This document shows positions 39,873 to 52,341 of a DNA stretch of 64,000 nt, piece by piece. The notes under the pieces were generated by a model that ran no database searches, was not told the origin of the DNA, and worked only from the letters and a program-made list of their open reading frames with translations. Both the position numbers and the translations under genes were made by a program. Position 1 is the stretch's first letter; the number at the start of each line of letters is the position of its first letter. This DNA is from Tubulanus polymorphus (Eukaryota > Animalia > Nemertea), in assembly GCF_964204645.1 (NCBI RefSeq), contig NC_134033.1, positions 5,852,231 to 5,916,230 of the forward strand, written 5' to 3'.

Positions 39873-40829
39873 TCATTGGTTATGTCTGACTGGATTTCTG
39901 CAGCGGATTTTCATACAGAAATACTCACGAATTTCACGTCCCAGTAAAAGATATACGTAAAAATTAACTACATAGTTACAAACATGGAACTGAGTGCAAA
40001 TGTCCAATAGGAAATCTCTCTGTTCCGGCGAGACTGGTAACAACGACGTTATAGTAGTTGGAAGTGTAAATATTGCAAATACGAGAGAAACTGTAACGAG
40101 CATTATTGTAGTACGTTTTGATTTTGTAGTTTTCTGATCAGACGACACCATTTTTGAACTTTTGAATAACTGAACTATTATAACGGAGTTCGATATAATG
40201 ATCACAACTAACGGTAACAGGTTAACATGGATGACAATTATCGTAAAAAATGTTACTTGGTCAAGTAATGCGTAGAAACATCCGAAAAACTGGTCGAAAA
40301 AATGTATCGACAATGCTGGTGTGAGATACAGTACCAGTACATTCACTGCAGTTATTATGAGTATAGCTATTCTAGCGAATAACGGGGTACATATCAAGCG
40401 AGATGTGAACGGGAAGAGCACAACTGCCGCACGTTCTAGTGATATAGCTACTATTAACCACGAACTATTACTGCCTGCAAGTATCATTACAAATTCAAAG
40501 ATTTGACAACTGATCGAAGATTTCATGATAAATATAGGACCGACGTTCTGAAGTAAGAGAACATACTGTAAAACTGGCATCAGCGTATCTATACAGTACA
40601 GGAAATCACAGACTGACAAAACGATGAGATAGTTTGCGTAAGATAAACTGCGAAATCTGCGACTCATCATTATCAGGAAAGTAGCTGAATTACCGAAGAC
40701 CCCAAACACAACCAAGGCTGGCGAAATTATCAGTGACACAGTGCGGTAGATTCCAGACCTGTTCACTACGGACATGAGGATAATGTAACTGCTGTAAGTT
40801 CGACCGATTTGAAAACGAGTCGAATTCAT
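39873..40829 (-). CDS. Intronless class A GPCR (peptide-receptor-like); true start may be the second Met (MSVVNRS)
   Basis: Seven hydrophobic segments; GN in TM1, LSVCD, SLER, LP in TM6, NFYVY in TM7. Confidence 0.9.
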   Translation of the reverse strand: MNSTRFQIGRTYSSYIILMSVVNRSGIYRTVSLIISPALVVFGVFGNSATFLIMMSRRFRSLSYANYLIVLSVCDFLYCIDTLMPVLQYVLLLQNVGPIFIMKSSISCQIFEFVMILAGSNSSWLIVAISLERAAVVLFPFTSRLICTPLFARIAILIITAVNVLVLYLTPALSIHFFDQFFGCFYALLDQVTFFTIIVIHVNLLPLVVIIISNSVIIVQLFKSSKMVSSDQKTTKSKRTTIMLVTVSLVFAIFTLPTTITSLLPVSPEQRDFLLDICTQFHVCNYVVNFYVYLLLGREIREYFCMKIRCRNPVRHNQ

Positions 40830-41429
40830 GATTCGCTACGACTAATAGTCTTGCAGGTGTGGACTGACTGGAGGTAATCCAGTGTAAATGAAATAATGTC
40901 GGTTTGTCGAAGCTCACAATTTATTTGTCATCATCTGATGAAAAATCAATTCTCAGATATTTCACATAGAATATAAATATGTATATATAGCCACATCGAA
41001 TACATGCGCTGTTCTCACAGTTAGTATTCAACTATAGCTGTAACAACTGGATTTACGATATAATAATTTTATGCACATTCATTTCCAGCCATGTCCATGA
41101 AAATGAGAAAATCATTCATCATTATAAGTGTAGGTTTTTATATATGGGGGACATTTGAAGCGATGAAGGAAAGGTGATATTTTTGAGTTCGGAACATGTC
41201 AAATAATATAGTTTTGATACACCAGTCACAATTCTCTCTTCAATCGTCAATTGTAAAATGTACTGATTGGTCCCTGGCGAGAGAACGTGTCCGTGCACAA
41301 CCCAACTATAAACTAGAAATGTCGAGACTGAGCAATAATTGATGATATATTTTTATTTACCTCGATAAGATCTCTATAAATTCCAGTGTTCAGAATTCCG
41401 TAAGACACAATCCAGATCCTAGCTCCCAA

Positions 41430-43011
41430 GTATGGTGGTTGATAAGGGCCATAAAAATATTTCCTGACAAAAAATTATTTCGTCATGAAAAATAAATTTC
41501 CATCGAAAAATATTTCGTTAGTCAGAATAATTTCATGAAAAATAAATTTCCATCGAAAAATATTTTGTGAGTAAACATAATTTCCACTGTGAAAAATAAA
41601 TTTCCATCAAATATATGCGTAAGCAAAAATAATTGTCTTCCCTTCAAAACATATGCTGAGTAAAAATAATTCCGCAATGAAAAATAAATCGCCTTCCTTC
41701 GAAATATATTCCGACGACTAAAATATTTTTGCAGTGTAAAAATAATTGTGGTTTTTTCCGCTAGCGCACGCGTGCGAGCGCTTGTCGATTGAACCGTATA
41801 TACCTGATCTTATTTCATCTATGCTTCTAGCCTGAAGTATAGTATCGTGGTACACACTGCGTGCATATCATACTAGGGGACCACACGGCTCTCGTTTACA
41901 CATGAATCAGGGTACATGGGTAGAACTTTGGTTTTGATCCAAAAATGTCGTCGAGTCCTTGTGACCTAACGTTAGGAAGGGTGGGATGGTGATGCTGTCA
42001 TCGGGTCCATGTGAACACAAATTAGGGCCAAAAATATCAAAGATTTTGTACAGACAAAAACAAAATTAGGGCTCTTGATTTTGATTCCTCCTCACACCTC
42101 CATCAACATCCTAGTGTCCTTCAAGAAATAAAATATTTTGGTCAATGTAGTGAACTCCGCCGATCAATCAAAAGGGCCAAAATACAAGTTGCTGTAGCCG
42201 TAGGATCGAAAACTAGGACATCTTTTTATACTTGATGTCCCTCAACACACTACATACACACACAGGCACTTGAATATGGGCTTTGACCTTGTTGGTGTGT
42301 TAAAATGACAAAATGTATCATAATCTTCGATAAAAACACCAACGGGGTTGCCATCTTAATTATCCATGCAACTGTTTTACCCATGATCCAATGCGCATCC
42401 CTCGTCTACCTATACTAAACAGAAGTCAGTGTTCGGCTGTCCCGATAATTGCGGGTAGATTTAAGCATTACGGAGATAGGATCGTTTCCAGCCTTTCTGT
42501 ATAGTTAAACGACGGGCGCGCGTTGCATCATGGGTAAAATATTATAAAACATGGCGGATTATCGACGTAGGAACAACGTGTCGCTGGTGAATTATTAAAT
42601 ATTTATCCATTATCAAAGCCCATGTTCAAGTGCCTGTGATACACACTACATCCTTAACGGTACAAGCGCCCTAGTTGTAGCGCAATCGATATAGGGCGCG
42701 CGAAAACGTGAAACCCGAAATTATTTTTACAGCAGATATTTTTAGACATAGGAAAATATTTCTTATGGAAATATTTTCACTCACAAAATATATTTCGAAG
42801 GCGATTTATTTTTTCACACCGAAATTATTTTCACTCGCGAAATATTTTTCGATAGAAAATTATGTTTCATGACAAAATCATTTTACACTCAAGAAATATT
42901 TTTCGGTGGAAAATTAATTTTCATGACGAAATAATTTTAACTCACGAATATTTCTCGATAGAAATTTATTTTCATGACGAAATAATTTTTTCAGCTTATC
43001 AGCCACCATAC
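41430..43011. mobile_element. Non-autonomous foldback DNA transposon with 4-bp TSD
   Basis: Ends GTATGGTGG(T/C)TGATAAG inverted; ~300-bp arms of ~45-bp subrepeats; CCAA at 41426-41429 and 43012-43015. Confidence 0.85.
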
Positions 43012-43015
43012 CCAA

Positions 43016-45130
43016 GTGAGTCAGTTCAAAGGTCGAGTCATGTGTTTAACGGTCTGTAAACCGACCTAGTGATTGAACAGGTGTTAATGGCAGGACTAAA
43101 AGGTCGTGGTTGGTTAACCCACGGTCGGGGTTTGACTGAAAGTGTCCGTCACTTTTGGGTGCATTGTGCAGAGCTCCATAATGCTATGGTTACCCTTACT
43201 GGGAAAAAACATGCCACCTTAGAACAGCACATCGACTTGAGCTCTGCCAGACGAGAACGAGACTCCAGAGATCTACAAAAGATAATCACTTGGTTTGATT
43301 CAAATAACCGATTTGACTATAATGTCACAGAATAAGTGTATTTGTCAACTGGTCTGACCGCTGTGAAGGACGATGGGCTAAATTGTGATGATGCCGAAAA
43401 TATATGAAACGGAATCCAGATTAAAATGAACAATCAGAATTTCAATTATGCTAAAATAAAGCGCACTGCTTAAGTCAAAACCCTAGAGGACTTGAAGCCA
43501 GATGTTAAAATTTCCGGTAAACAAATCCACATTGATCCGGCAGTTCTCATGTTGCTCTGTCATGCTGTGGCCTAGCGAAGTGCAGTTGATGTTGAACGTT
43601 TTTTTCGAGCATGAGCTTATACCCGAGCCAGCATCATTGTTTAGTGACCAGTTTATGCGCCATGCCAACAAATCATATTTGGCAACGTTGTTTGGAAATG
43701 TCGGCATCAACCGTACCACCCCGAAAGACTCTGTTCCTGAAATATTGTTTGTGGTCGATGGTGGATGGCTTTTAAACACAGCTCGTTGGAAGAAAATGAC
43801 TACATATGGATCAGTCTTACGGTAGTATATCCAATATGTCAATGAGGATTTTGGGCCGTCACTGGTAGTTTTTGATGGGTATGATCATAGTACAATTCTG
43901 TCATGAACACTTGCGGCGTATGAGGACAAGCATAAAGCGGGAAAACAATATCTCCATTAATCACGCAAACATGACAAACGATAACCAAGATTCGTTTTTT
44001 GCAATTGTGTCAAACAAGAAATATCATTAATCAACGAGTTGTCGAGTACATTGGACGTTGCTGGACATTCTGTGGTTCAATGTAGCTCAGATGCTGATAC
44101 CACAGCTGTGGCAAAAACGAGCCAGCTCTATAGTATTCGAGATATATCTGGGAATTTAGATCCGATCATCAAAAACAATTTTCTCTTTGCACATGCATGG
44201 TCAGGATGCGATACAACCTCCCATTGTTTCGGCTTTGGGAAAACATCCATTTTAAAGTTACTTTTAAGTCATCAGAATATTCGAACACTAGCCAGTACTA
44301 TCGACAACTCAAATGAGGTGACAGAAATTGGATGTGCTGGTTCTATGATGTACGATGCATCATCAGAAGAAAATTTGACTAAGTAACGCTAGTGGTTTGA
44401 AAGTATGATGGCACAGAACGAAATACCATACATGGAAATTGAATTCCACCAACAGAACGGACTGCATATTTCCATTCACTTCGCGTGCAAATTCGGGTGT
44501 GGAAAACACTTCATGCAAATATTCTAAACTCTAGATATTGGGGATGGAAACAGACACCAGATGGCTATATGCCCATTCAAACTGATCTCCAGCCTATTTC
44601 TGATAACATAATGAAATTCATTAGGTGTTCATATAAATCACCAAAGACTCAATGTGCTAACTGTAGTTGCGCGAAATTCGGCATATTATGTGTTGCATCA
44701 TACAAAGGGTGTCATGGAAGAACTTGTCTGAATAGTGAAAAAATAAATCTTGATTTTGCCATCATCATGACAAAAATATGATGCCATTTTGATGTCATAA
44801 CTGCAATATGGCGTCATTTTTATGTCAAAGATGTACTATGACATCATTGTGACGTCACATGTGTGTTTCGATAACATTTTTGGACTCTCCTACATTGGTT
44901 TTATATGAGTGAATTATACATTTAATGTGCTTAAGATGAATATTTTGGAGTTATTTGATGTTAATTGTGAGCAGGGGGTCAAAAATTTTTTATGCCCCTC
45001 AATTTTTTTCCCCAAGCCGGATTTTTACTGGAAATTTTTTGGGATGTCTACACATCACCCTGATTCGGAAAATCCAGAGTTTGCTTATTGCCTAATTGTT
45101 TCCCGCAAATTTTCCAATTCTACCAGGCTA
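43016..45130 (+). mobile_element. Degenerate Academ DNA transposon, 3' part (XPG/PIN nuclease plus Cys8 finger)
   Basis: TDLVIEQVLM..GRG, VVDGG, VVFDGY, DADT, HAWSGCDTTS..GK, PPT..FHSLR, WGWK, Cys-rich tail; end CCAGGCTA; many stops. Confidence 0.8.
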
Positions 45131-45224
45131 AATAATTCATTCTGCGAGAGAAGGCGTAGAAAAATGGGCCGAAAATACTAATTAACTTCTGACCAAACGT
45201 GACTCACCGCAGGCGCCAATATAT

Positions 45225-46210
45225 GGGTAACCGCTAAACGCCGAAACGCCGAATTTTTCCGGACTGCGATACGAATCCTAGATTATTACACCAGCGTTTG
45301 AACATTTTTGTCGAAAATGTTACACTCACAACACAACATTTTAGTTTTCCTCACTTCGCGGATTGACTTTTTACGAAGTGGATATTTAACCGTATGCGGC
45401 ACAGTATTTACTTCCGCTATTTTACCGCGCATTATCACTATAGTATTAACTAATCATAAAAGTAACCAATAAAATCATTATACTGGGTTTGGTTTCGATA
45501 GGGTTAGTGTCGAGAGGGTGAGAAGAGGGTCAAGAGAGTTCCGTTTTACCCCTAGAGATAGGATTAGGGTAAGGTGAGGTACTATATATAGTTAAAACAT
45601 TGGCTTGAGCGAGCTCGGTGGTCTGACGCTGCGCTAGTAGTTTCTGGCCCGGGTTAGAGTCTCGCTCTATTTTCTTCTCCACACTTTCCTTGAATTTTCG
45701 CACCTCTGAAGTCACGCACCTCTGTGCGCATGCGCGGCGTAAATCAGCCAATCAGCGACGATGTACGGTAAAATAGCGGAAATAAATACCCAGCCGTATA
45801 CGGTAAAATATCCACTGCCGACTTTTCGACTATTTTCGTGCTACTTTTGACATTTTTTTAGCTTCAGCGTCGATCAGTGTGAATGCACGAGATTAAACTT
45901 ATTTTCATATACTTACTTTAGTTGACACTTTCTTATAAATAAAGTTTATTCAAATGTTTATCGTTGAATATTTTTGCTTATGAGGAGAGACGAGACTAAA
46001 AAACCGATAACTTTTATTGTTCATGCATATTATAATTCTCTACTGGAATCAAAGGTTGGCTTCCGAGCCTAATGTAGAACATTTTGATTGAATGAATCAT
46101 GTGACAAGTGAGGGTCTCTGGTTGCAAAGGGTCCATTTCGTAGCCCGAAAAATTACAGATATCATTCGGAGTTTCGGCGATTCGGCGTTTTCAGCGTTTA
46201 GCGGTTACCC
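45225..46210. mobile_element. Non-autonomous MULE-like element with a nested IR element at ~45374-45819
   Basis: TIR GGGTAACCGCTAAACGC; 10-bp TSD GCCAATATAT / GCCATTATAT; inner IR AGTGGATATTT…/…AAATATCCACT flanked by GACTTTT. Confidence 0.8.
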
Positions 46211-46483
46211 GCCATTATATGTTGTTGCCTTTTGCCGATGTCTTCGAGCCGTGACGAGAATTGGGTTTCCAATGTCCAGTTAGAGGTTTGTGACTAATTG
46301 CATGAGACCATCTTCCATTTCATGTCGGTTAAGATGCTATGTTATTCCATGAACTGTAAAATGAACTCAGTGTACTCTTCCTATAGGACTCAATGTTAAG
46401 GTATGTAAATGTAAGCATGTAATTGAATTGATTTGCATGCATTTGTACTCCATTTCGAAAAGAGTTTAATGATCAAATATGTA

Positions 46484-46699
46484 CGGTACAGCTGAGAATT
46501 ACCATTGCGTATCGCTTGCTCGTGAACTCGTCGCGTTTTAGTTTTTATCGCATCGTCACGCATTTGGAACGCGTTTTAAAGCCGATCGATGAACGGTACG
46601 CGTTTGATTTCTGCCCAAACGCCAATTAATTACCGTTTTAAACGTAAACGAGACGGAAAATAAACCTTAACGATGTTAAGTTAATTCCAAGCTGTACCG
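46484..46699. mobile_element. TA-flanked MITE
   Basis: TA CGGTACAGCT…AGCTGTACCG TA. Confidence 0.7.
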
Positions 46700-46904
46700 T
46701 ACTATCGACAATGTTTCACGAGTATGATAGGTTAGCAGTTGCTGAGGTCGATATGATATCCACACCTTCACTTTCTGGAGATAAATATTTTAAATTATCA
46801 TAAAGAGAGATATCGTGTATAACTTTCATATACATTATTCAATCAATTTACTTGTTTTCTTTCTGACAAATATCATTTGTTGAACAATGTTTATAGACAT
46901 TCGA

Positions 46905-47306
46905 CTACCAGCAACATCTACCAATAGCCAATCCGCTGCCACTGCAACAGTTGGTATCTGGTCCACCGATCAGCCACCAGGTTCCTCGTTTGCCATTGAT
47001 TTTACAAGTGCAGGGAATGCCTCTCTTGTCGATGTCTACTTCTATAATACATTTACAAATATGTTAACTTTAATTGAGTGCAGTGGCGAATCAATTTTTT
47101 TTTATAACTTGCGAAAAGATTTGTAAATACTGAATGCTTCGAAACCCAGAATTTTGTGGAAATGCCACTATTATTAATGGCTTCAAGCTTTCCACATTAC
47201 TCGTTCGGCTACAAAGAGATTCTCATACAATAGACTAACCTTCAGCAGCAACGACTCCGATGACCATGAACATGGCCAAAGCGACGAAAAGAGTTTTGGT
47301 AAACAT
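46905..47306 (-). CDS. Secreted cysteine-rich toxin/defensin-like precursor A (exons 47306-47240, 47041-46905)
   Basis: MFTKTLFVALAMFMVIGVVAAE-EVDIDKR-GIPCTCKINGKRGTWWLIGGPDTNCCSGSGLAIGRCCW*; phase-1 GT-AG intron, 5'UTR intron, TATATAAA upstream. Confidence 0.9.
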
Positions 47307-48833
47307 TCTGAAAATAGCAATAGATAAGATAAAACTAAAAGGCTGCGGAAAAATGCGAAAACAAATTTTCTCGATTTTTTAGAAACTTACCTGAATGAAT
47401 TGACGTATGAATGTGCGGCGATCCAACAACGGATACTGGTAAAACTCGTTGTTTATATAATATCAACAGCAGTGTTGTACGTATAACCGGCTTTTCGGAA
47501 AATATGATAAATGACACGTTGTCTATAAGCTTAAGCTTTACATTTTTTCATTGAAGTATGTTTATGTTTTTTAGATATTATTGAAATATACATAAGCATG
47601 CCACAGCTTGTAAAATTACATCAGATGTAACGTTCAGATTTTCAACGCTAGGTTAGAAGTAGTAAAGGATATTTTCAAAGAGGACCCAGAATATAGTTTG
47701 GGTTTTTTAGGATGGGGACTTGTACGTATTTTCCATTGTTCCGAATGCTTAGACGAATGTAATAGAGGCCGTTTCTAAAGAATTGCAGAATAAGTTAGTG
47801 TTTCGTAATTAAGGGGTTTTCTCTTTTTATCCCACTACCTCAAAAAATTTTTGAATAGAAATATGGAGAATGGTTTCTTGAACGGATTTACCACAGGGTT
47901 TACCAGACTCCTAACGAAAGTTCTGAATATATTCGGGTGAAGATTCCGCCCTTATTCATGGGTGCAGCATGTCCCTTGTTATCGGGTTAACGCTGGACTT
48001 AATTCGTTAACTTGTTTGCACTAGTTGGTTGATGTGACGGCTTCGATTGCGACCAAGCAGTATATATCGCTAGCTAAGCGGCACGCATTTCACGACTGTC
48101 GGTACTCGCATCGAGATGTTAACTTCCTAAAGATATAATTTTGCTATCAGATACATAAACCAAGAGCATATGTAGGCCTACTGACAAAACCATCCAAGGA
48201 GATTAGTTGTTAGCTTTGGTGACTGTAAGCCCATGTCGCAAGCTTCCTGAAATCTGTGTTTAAAACAAACGTCGAAATCATCCGTTTGGTCGCGCCAAAA
48301 AAATAATCTTTTTACTTATTTCGGCGTTCTCTTGCCATCATTAAATTAGTTTTTGTTTATACACCATACACCGGGAAATTTGCATATTGCTGCGTTCATG
48401 AGTGAGTCACATTTTCTATCCCGATTATTCAAATGACTGTCTGCACCGAAAAACGAAAAACGAAATACCACATATGCCGCACAAAATATACAGGCTGAAT
48501 AACGATAAATATGAAATTCCGAGGGTTTGAATATAGGATGAGGATAACTATAAGCAGATTTCTGTACATTTTTAACGTTGCCGGGTCAGATACGGTTATC
48601 TCGTTCATTATTTAAAAAAGTAGCAATGGACAAGGTAAGCAGCCGATTGGGTCAACTTTCAAGCTTAAATGCAATGAGAAACAGGGTATAAATAGGTGAA
48701 GCTATATGTACGATACGTAAGAGATCGAATGAGCAATCGCATTTAAGATATTGAATTGATTGTAGTAAAAATCAAAATTTAGTTATAGTAATCATTTTAC
48801 ACCTTACAGAAATAAGATTTATATACATTTATA

Positions 48834-49842
48834 CAGGGTACCCCATTAATTACTATACATAAAGAACTGCCTGTCATTTTGAAACCGCTTGAGATAAAAC
48901 AGCCAAATCTTCTGGAGAGATGGACTACAATAATATTTTTTACCACAAAAAATTGATTTAATAAAATCCAATTAGTTTATACTAGATGGGAGAGCCTTTC
49001 AATTTTATCACATGATTCAGTCTACTATTGAAATTTATCAGTACATTGCCAGTTATCAGTGTTATTGCAGATGTTTTTCTTCAAATCATCAATAGTTTCT
49101 GGTTTGTTTTGGTACACTGTGTCCTTCAGCCAGCCCACAGGTAATAGAAGTCCAATGGATTTAAGTCAGGCGAGTTTGGGGTCTAGTCGTTTACAGTTTG
49201 CAGCGCTGAGATTCTGTAACCGAAATGCCTATGCAGAACATCAATTGTTTTGCGTGCTGTAAGACATTACACACCATCCTGTTGGATGATTGAGACTTCC
49301 TCTAGACATCTATGAAGTTTGGTAATGGGGTACTGAATCTCCATCTTATGATAGCCGGCTCCATTTATAGTCAGCATTCCCTTTTTGTGAAAAAGTATGG
49401 CCCCATTATAGGCCCATTGGATGACCTACTGCATGGCAAATCGAAAGATCACACCTAGTAGACAACAGACAGATCACTTGATGACATTCAGTGGCTTTTC
49501 TGCGATCAAATAAGGATTCTCAACCCAAAAATCTATGGTTCAGACTGACAGAAGGATTTGGTTTCTTACAACCAGCATACCATCTAGGCTTTTTGTTTCA
49601 GAGACATATAGACATTATTTAACAGTGATCTTATCTAAGTCAGAATTACACAAAATCACTAAAACAATGTAATCAGTTGCTAGGAAATCACTAAGCAAAT
49701 TACCATAGCAAACCACAATAATAATCAAAAAGGACCGTTACTTCTATCATTTGGTGGAAAATCTAAAAACTTCATTAAGAAATGTTGAGGATACCGGCAG
49801 TTCATTATGACTTTTTTGTATAGTAATTAATCGGACACCCTG
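48834..49842 (-). mobile_element. Deleted Tc1/mariner-type transposon
   Basis: TIR CAGGGT…ATTAATTACTATACA, TA TSD; remnant SPDLNPLDF…WLKDTVYQNKPETIDDLK. Confidence 0.85.
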
Positions 49843-50402
49843 TACCTTAAAATCCCACAATATGAATAGGAAAACGAGTTGGAGGAAGAGTTAATTCCGA
49901 CATTTCGACTATATTCTAAGAAGTACACCTTCAAGAATACGGTACTAATGCATCTATAATTCTGTTCAATGATACGATTATACGCATCACTCATGATCTT
50001 TGATAAAACATACTATCTCTTGCATATATGTAAGATACACAACGCACATTCCAGCTTCGTTCCGGATTGGAGCTTTTAAACCTGCAATGACTATGATGTC
50101 AAAATATTCCAGCTGCGTCAAATCTCGGTGGATAAATCCTACCAGTCTTTTATTGTTTTTAGGGCGTTAAACAGAGTATTTTCAATAATTTCAAAATTTA
50201 CGAGCTGCATTTAATCTCGGTTGACAAATCCTACCAGGCTTTATTGTTTTCGAGGCGATAAATGCAGAATTTTCACTGGTGAAATCCCAACAGACAGAGA
50301 CGGACACATCAATAACATTCAGGTAAGTACGTTTCAGTAAACATATTTCAAAGCATCCTCGATCGACAAATGATTATACGATAAACAACATCTATATTCA
50401 GA

Positions 50403-50698
50403 ATGTTTGCCAAGACTTTGATCGTTGCTTTAGCCATATTCATGGTCATCGGAGCTGCCACCGCAGGTAACACATCAATTTCCACTGCAATGTTCCCTTT
50501 ATCTTTGAGATTTTATTTTTATTTACTAATACATAACCCTTATTCGAACCAACAGATTATGAAGTACATATTGCCAAGAGAGGCGTACCATGCTTCTGCC
50601 CAGGTAGATTCGGGTTTGGCCAGGGAACCTACTGGCTTATTGGTGGACCTAGCAGCAACTGTTGCAGCTATGGCATCGGAAAATGCTGCAGAAACTAA
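50403..50698 (+). CDS. Secreted cysteine-rich toxin/defensin-like precursor B (exons 50403-50466, 50556-50698)
   Basis: MFAKTLIVALAIFMVIGAATA-DYEVHIAKR-GVPCFCPGRFGFGQGTYWLIGGPSSNCCSYGIGKCCRN*; same intron layout as paralogue A. Confidence 0.9.
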
Positions 50699-52092
50699 AT
50701 ACATTTCATGAATATGTATTGTATTAACAATTAAAAGAATGTGACTAAAATCATTATTCTAATTGATGATATTTCTTCTTATTTGCGTTATTATTTGCTC
50801 ATACACTTTTTATATTGTTATTTCCATGCTTTTTCGAACATTTTCCTTGGCACATTTATCTTAAAAAGGTTACGGTTAATTCTTCCGTCGATTCAGCTAT
50901 ATGTTAAGGATGTGTTCATTTCTTTATTGGACATTTTGAATGGCCCGAAAAGGGGAATTTAAAGTTTTCAAATTGTGGAGGTGCAAAGGTTGCTGAGAAA
51001 GAATGCATGATTTCGGCGTGATGTCAGCAGGGAAATTGAAACCAACCACCTGAAATTTGTACTGTAAATAGTGGAACTTTTCAGAACCGCTCGAACGTGA
51101 CAGCGCCATGAGGCCGCGATCGAAGCATGTTAGAATACCCGCAACATTGGAGTATACGCCATCAGTTATCGCCAGTCAGAACATGTAGATGACTCCTGGT
51201 TTGTCCCATTGCTTGACGTGATTGATGAATACAACGACAATAAAAATGTTGCCAAAACTTTCGCCTTAAAGAATCGGCAAATATACGTGAGGCCACACAA
51301 AGAAATACCCTAGTTTCTCATCAGATTTTTTTTCTGGTAAGTGACAAGGGCGGCCTAATTTTATTTTATTGCTTTTTTTATTTGTCTATTTTTATTGCTA
51401 AACTTGAGACTTATAGAACGGACACGGGAGGGATTTATTTTTTTAAAATGCCAAACAAATACCAGTAATGCAAGTAGAACATATGTAAAATAAACTTTAT
51501 TTAGAATTAAGTAGCTCCCCTAAACCTATAAAAATCAAACTATATCAACTTAATTAGTCGAAACTGAGGCAATAATTTTCGCTATTTTCACGCTTCCTCG
51601 AAATCTAGTAATAGGAAACGAACCTGCTGGCGCTGATTTTGTCACTATAAATGTTGATTACATATGTACGTCGAGGATGAGCATATAAACGCCAGCAGAA
51701 AAACATACCACCGTCGTACAATATACAGTGATGCGGGCGAGCGGGTTTTAATTTTTATTTTTAAAAAGAAGATTGATGCTTTGTCGATGCGGGCGAGCGC
51801 ATTTGTCTTTGAAGTCTTTATTAGGGACTTTTTCATGACGCGGGCGGCATTTGACTTTATTTAGAAGCTAGGATATTTCTTTGTATGGTCTAACCGTGAA
51901 AAAATCAACCGAACTTGGCGTACATTGACTCGACCAGTAAACTTCGGTCGTACCGCTATTGTCGAATTCATCATATCCGATGGATTATTTGCAGATTTGG
52001 GTAAAGAATTGTCCGATTGAGAAATGAACGTAAACATGGATGTTTACAATGTTTACAGACCAAGCTTTGTTTTATAAGTCACTTTGGTTGGG

Positions 52093-52341
<249 letters not shown>

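Noticed and set aside
50403-50711. The 102-aa ORF as given in the track
   Set aside because: It reads through an intron; the spliced 68-aa precursor is supported by its paralogue.
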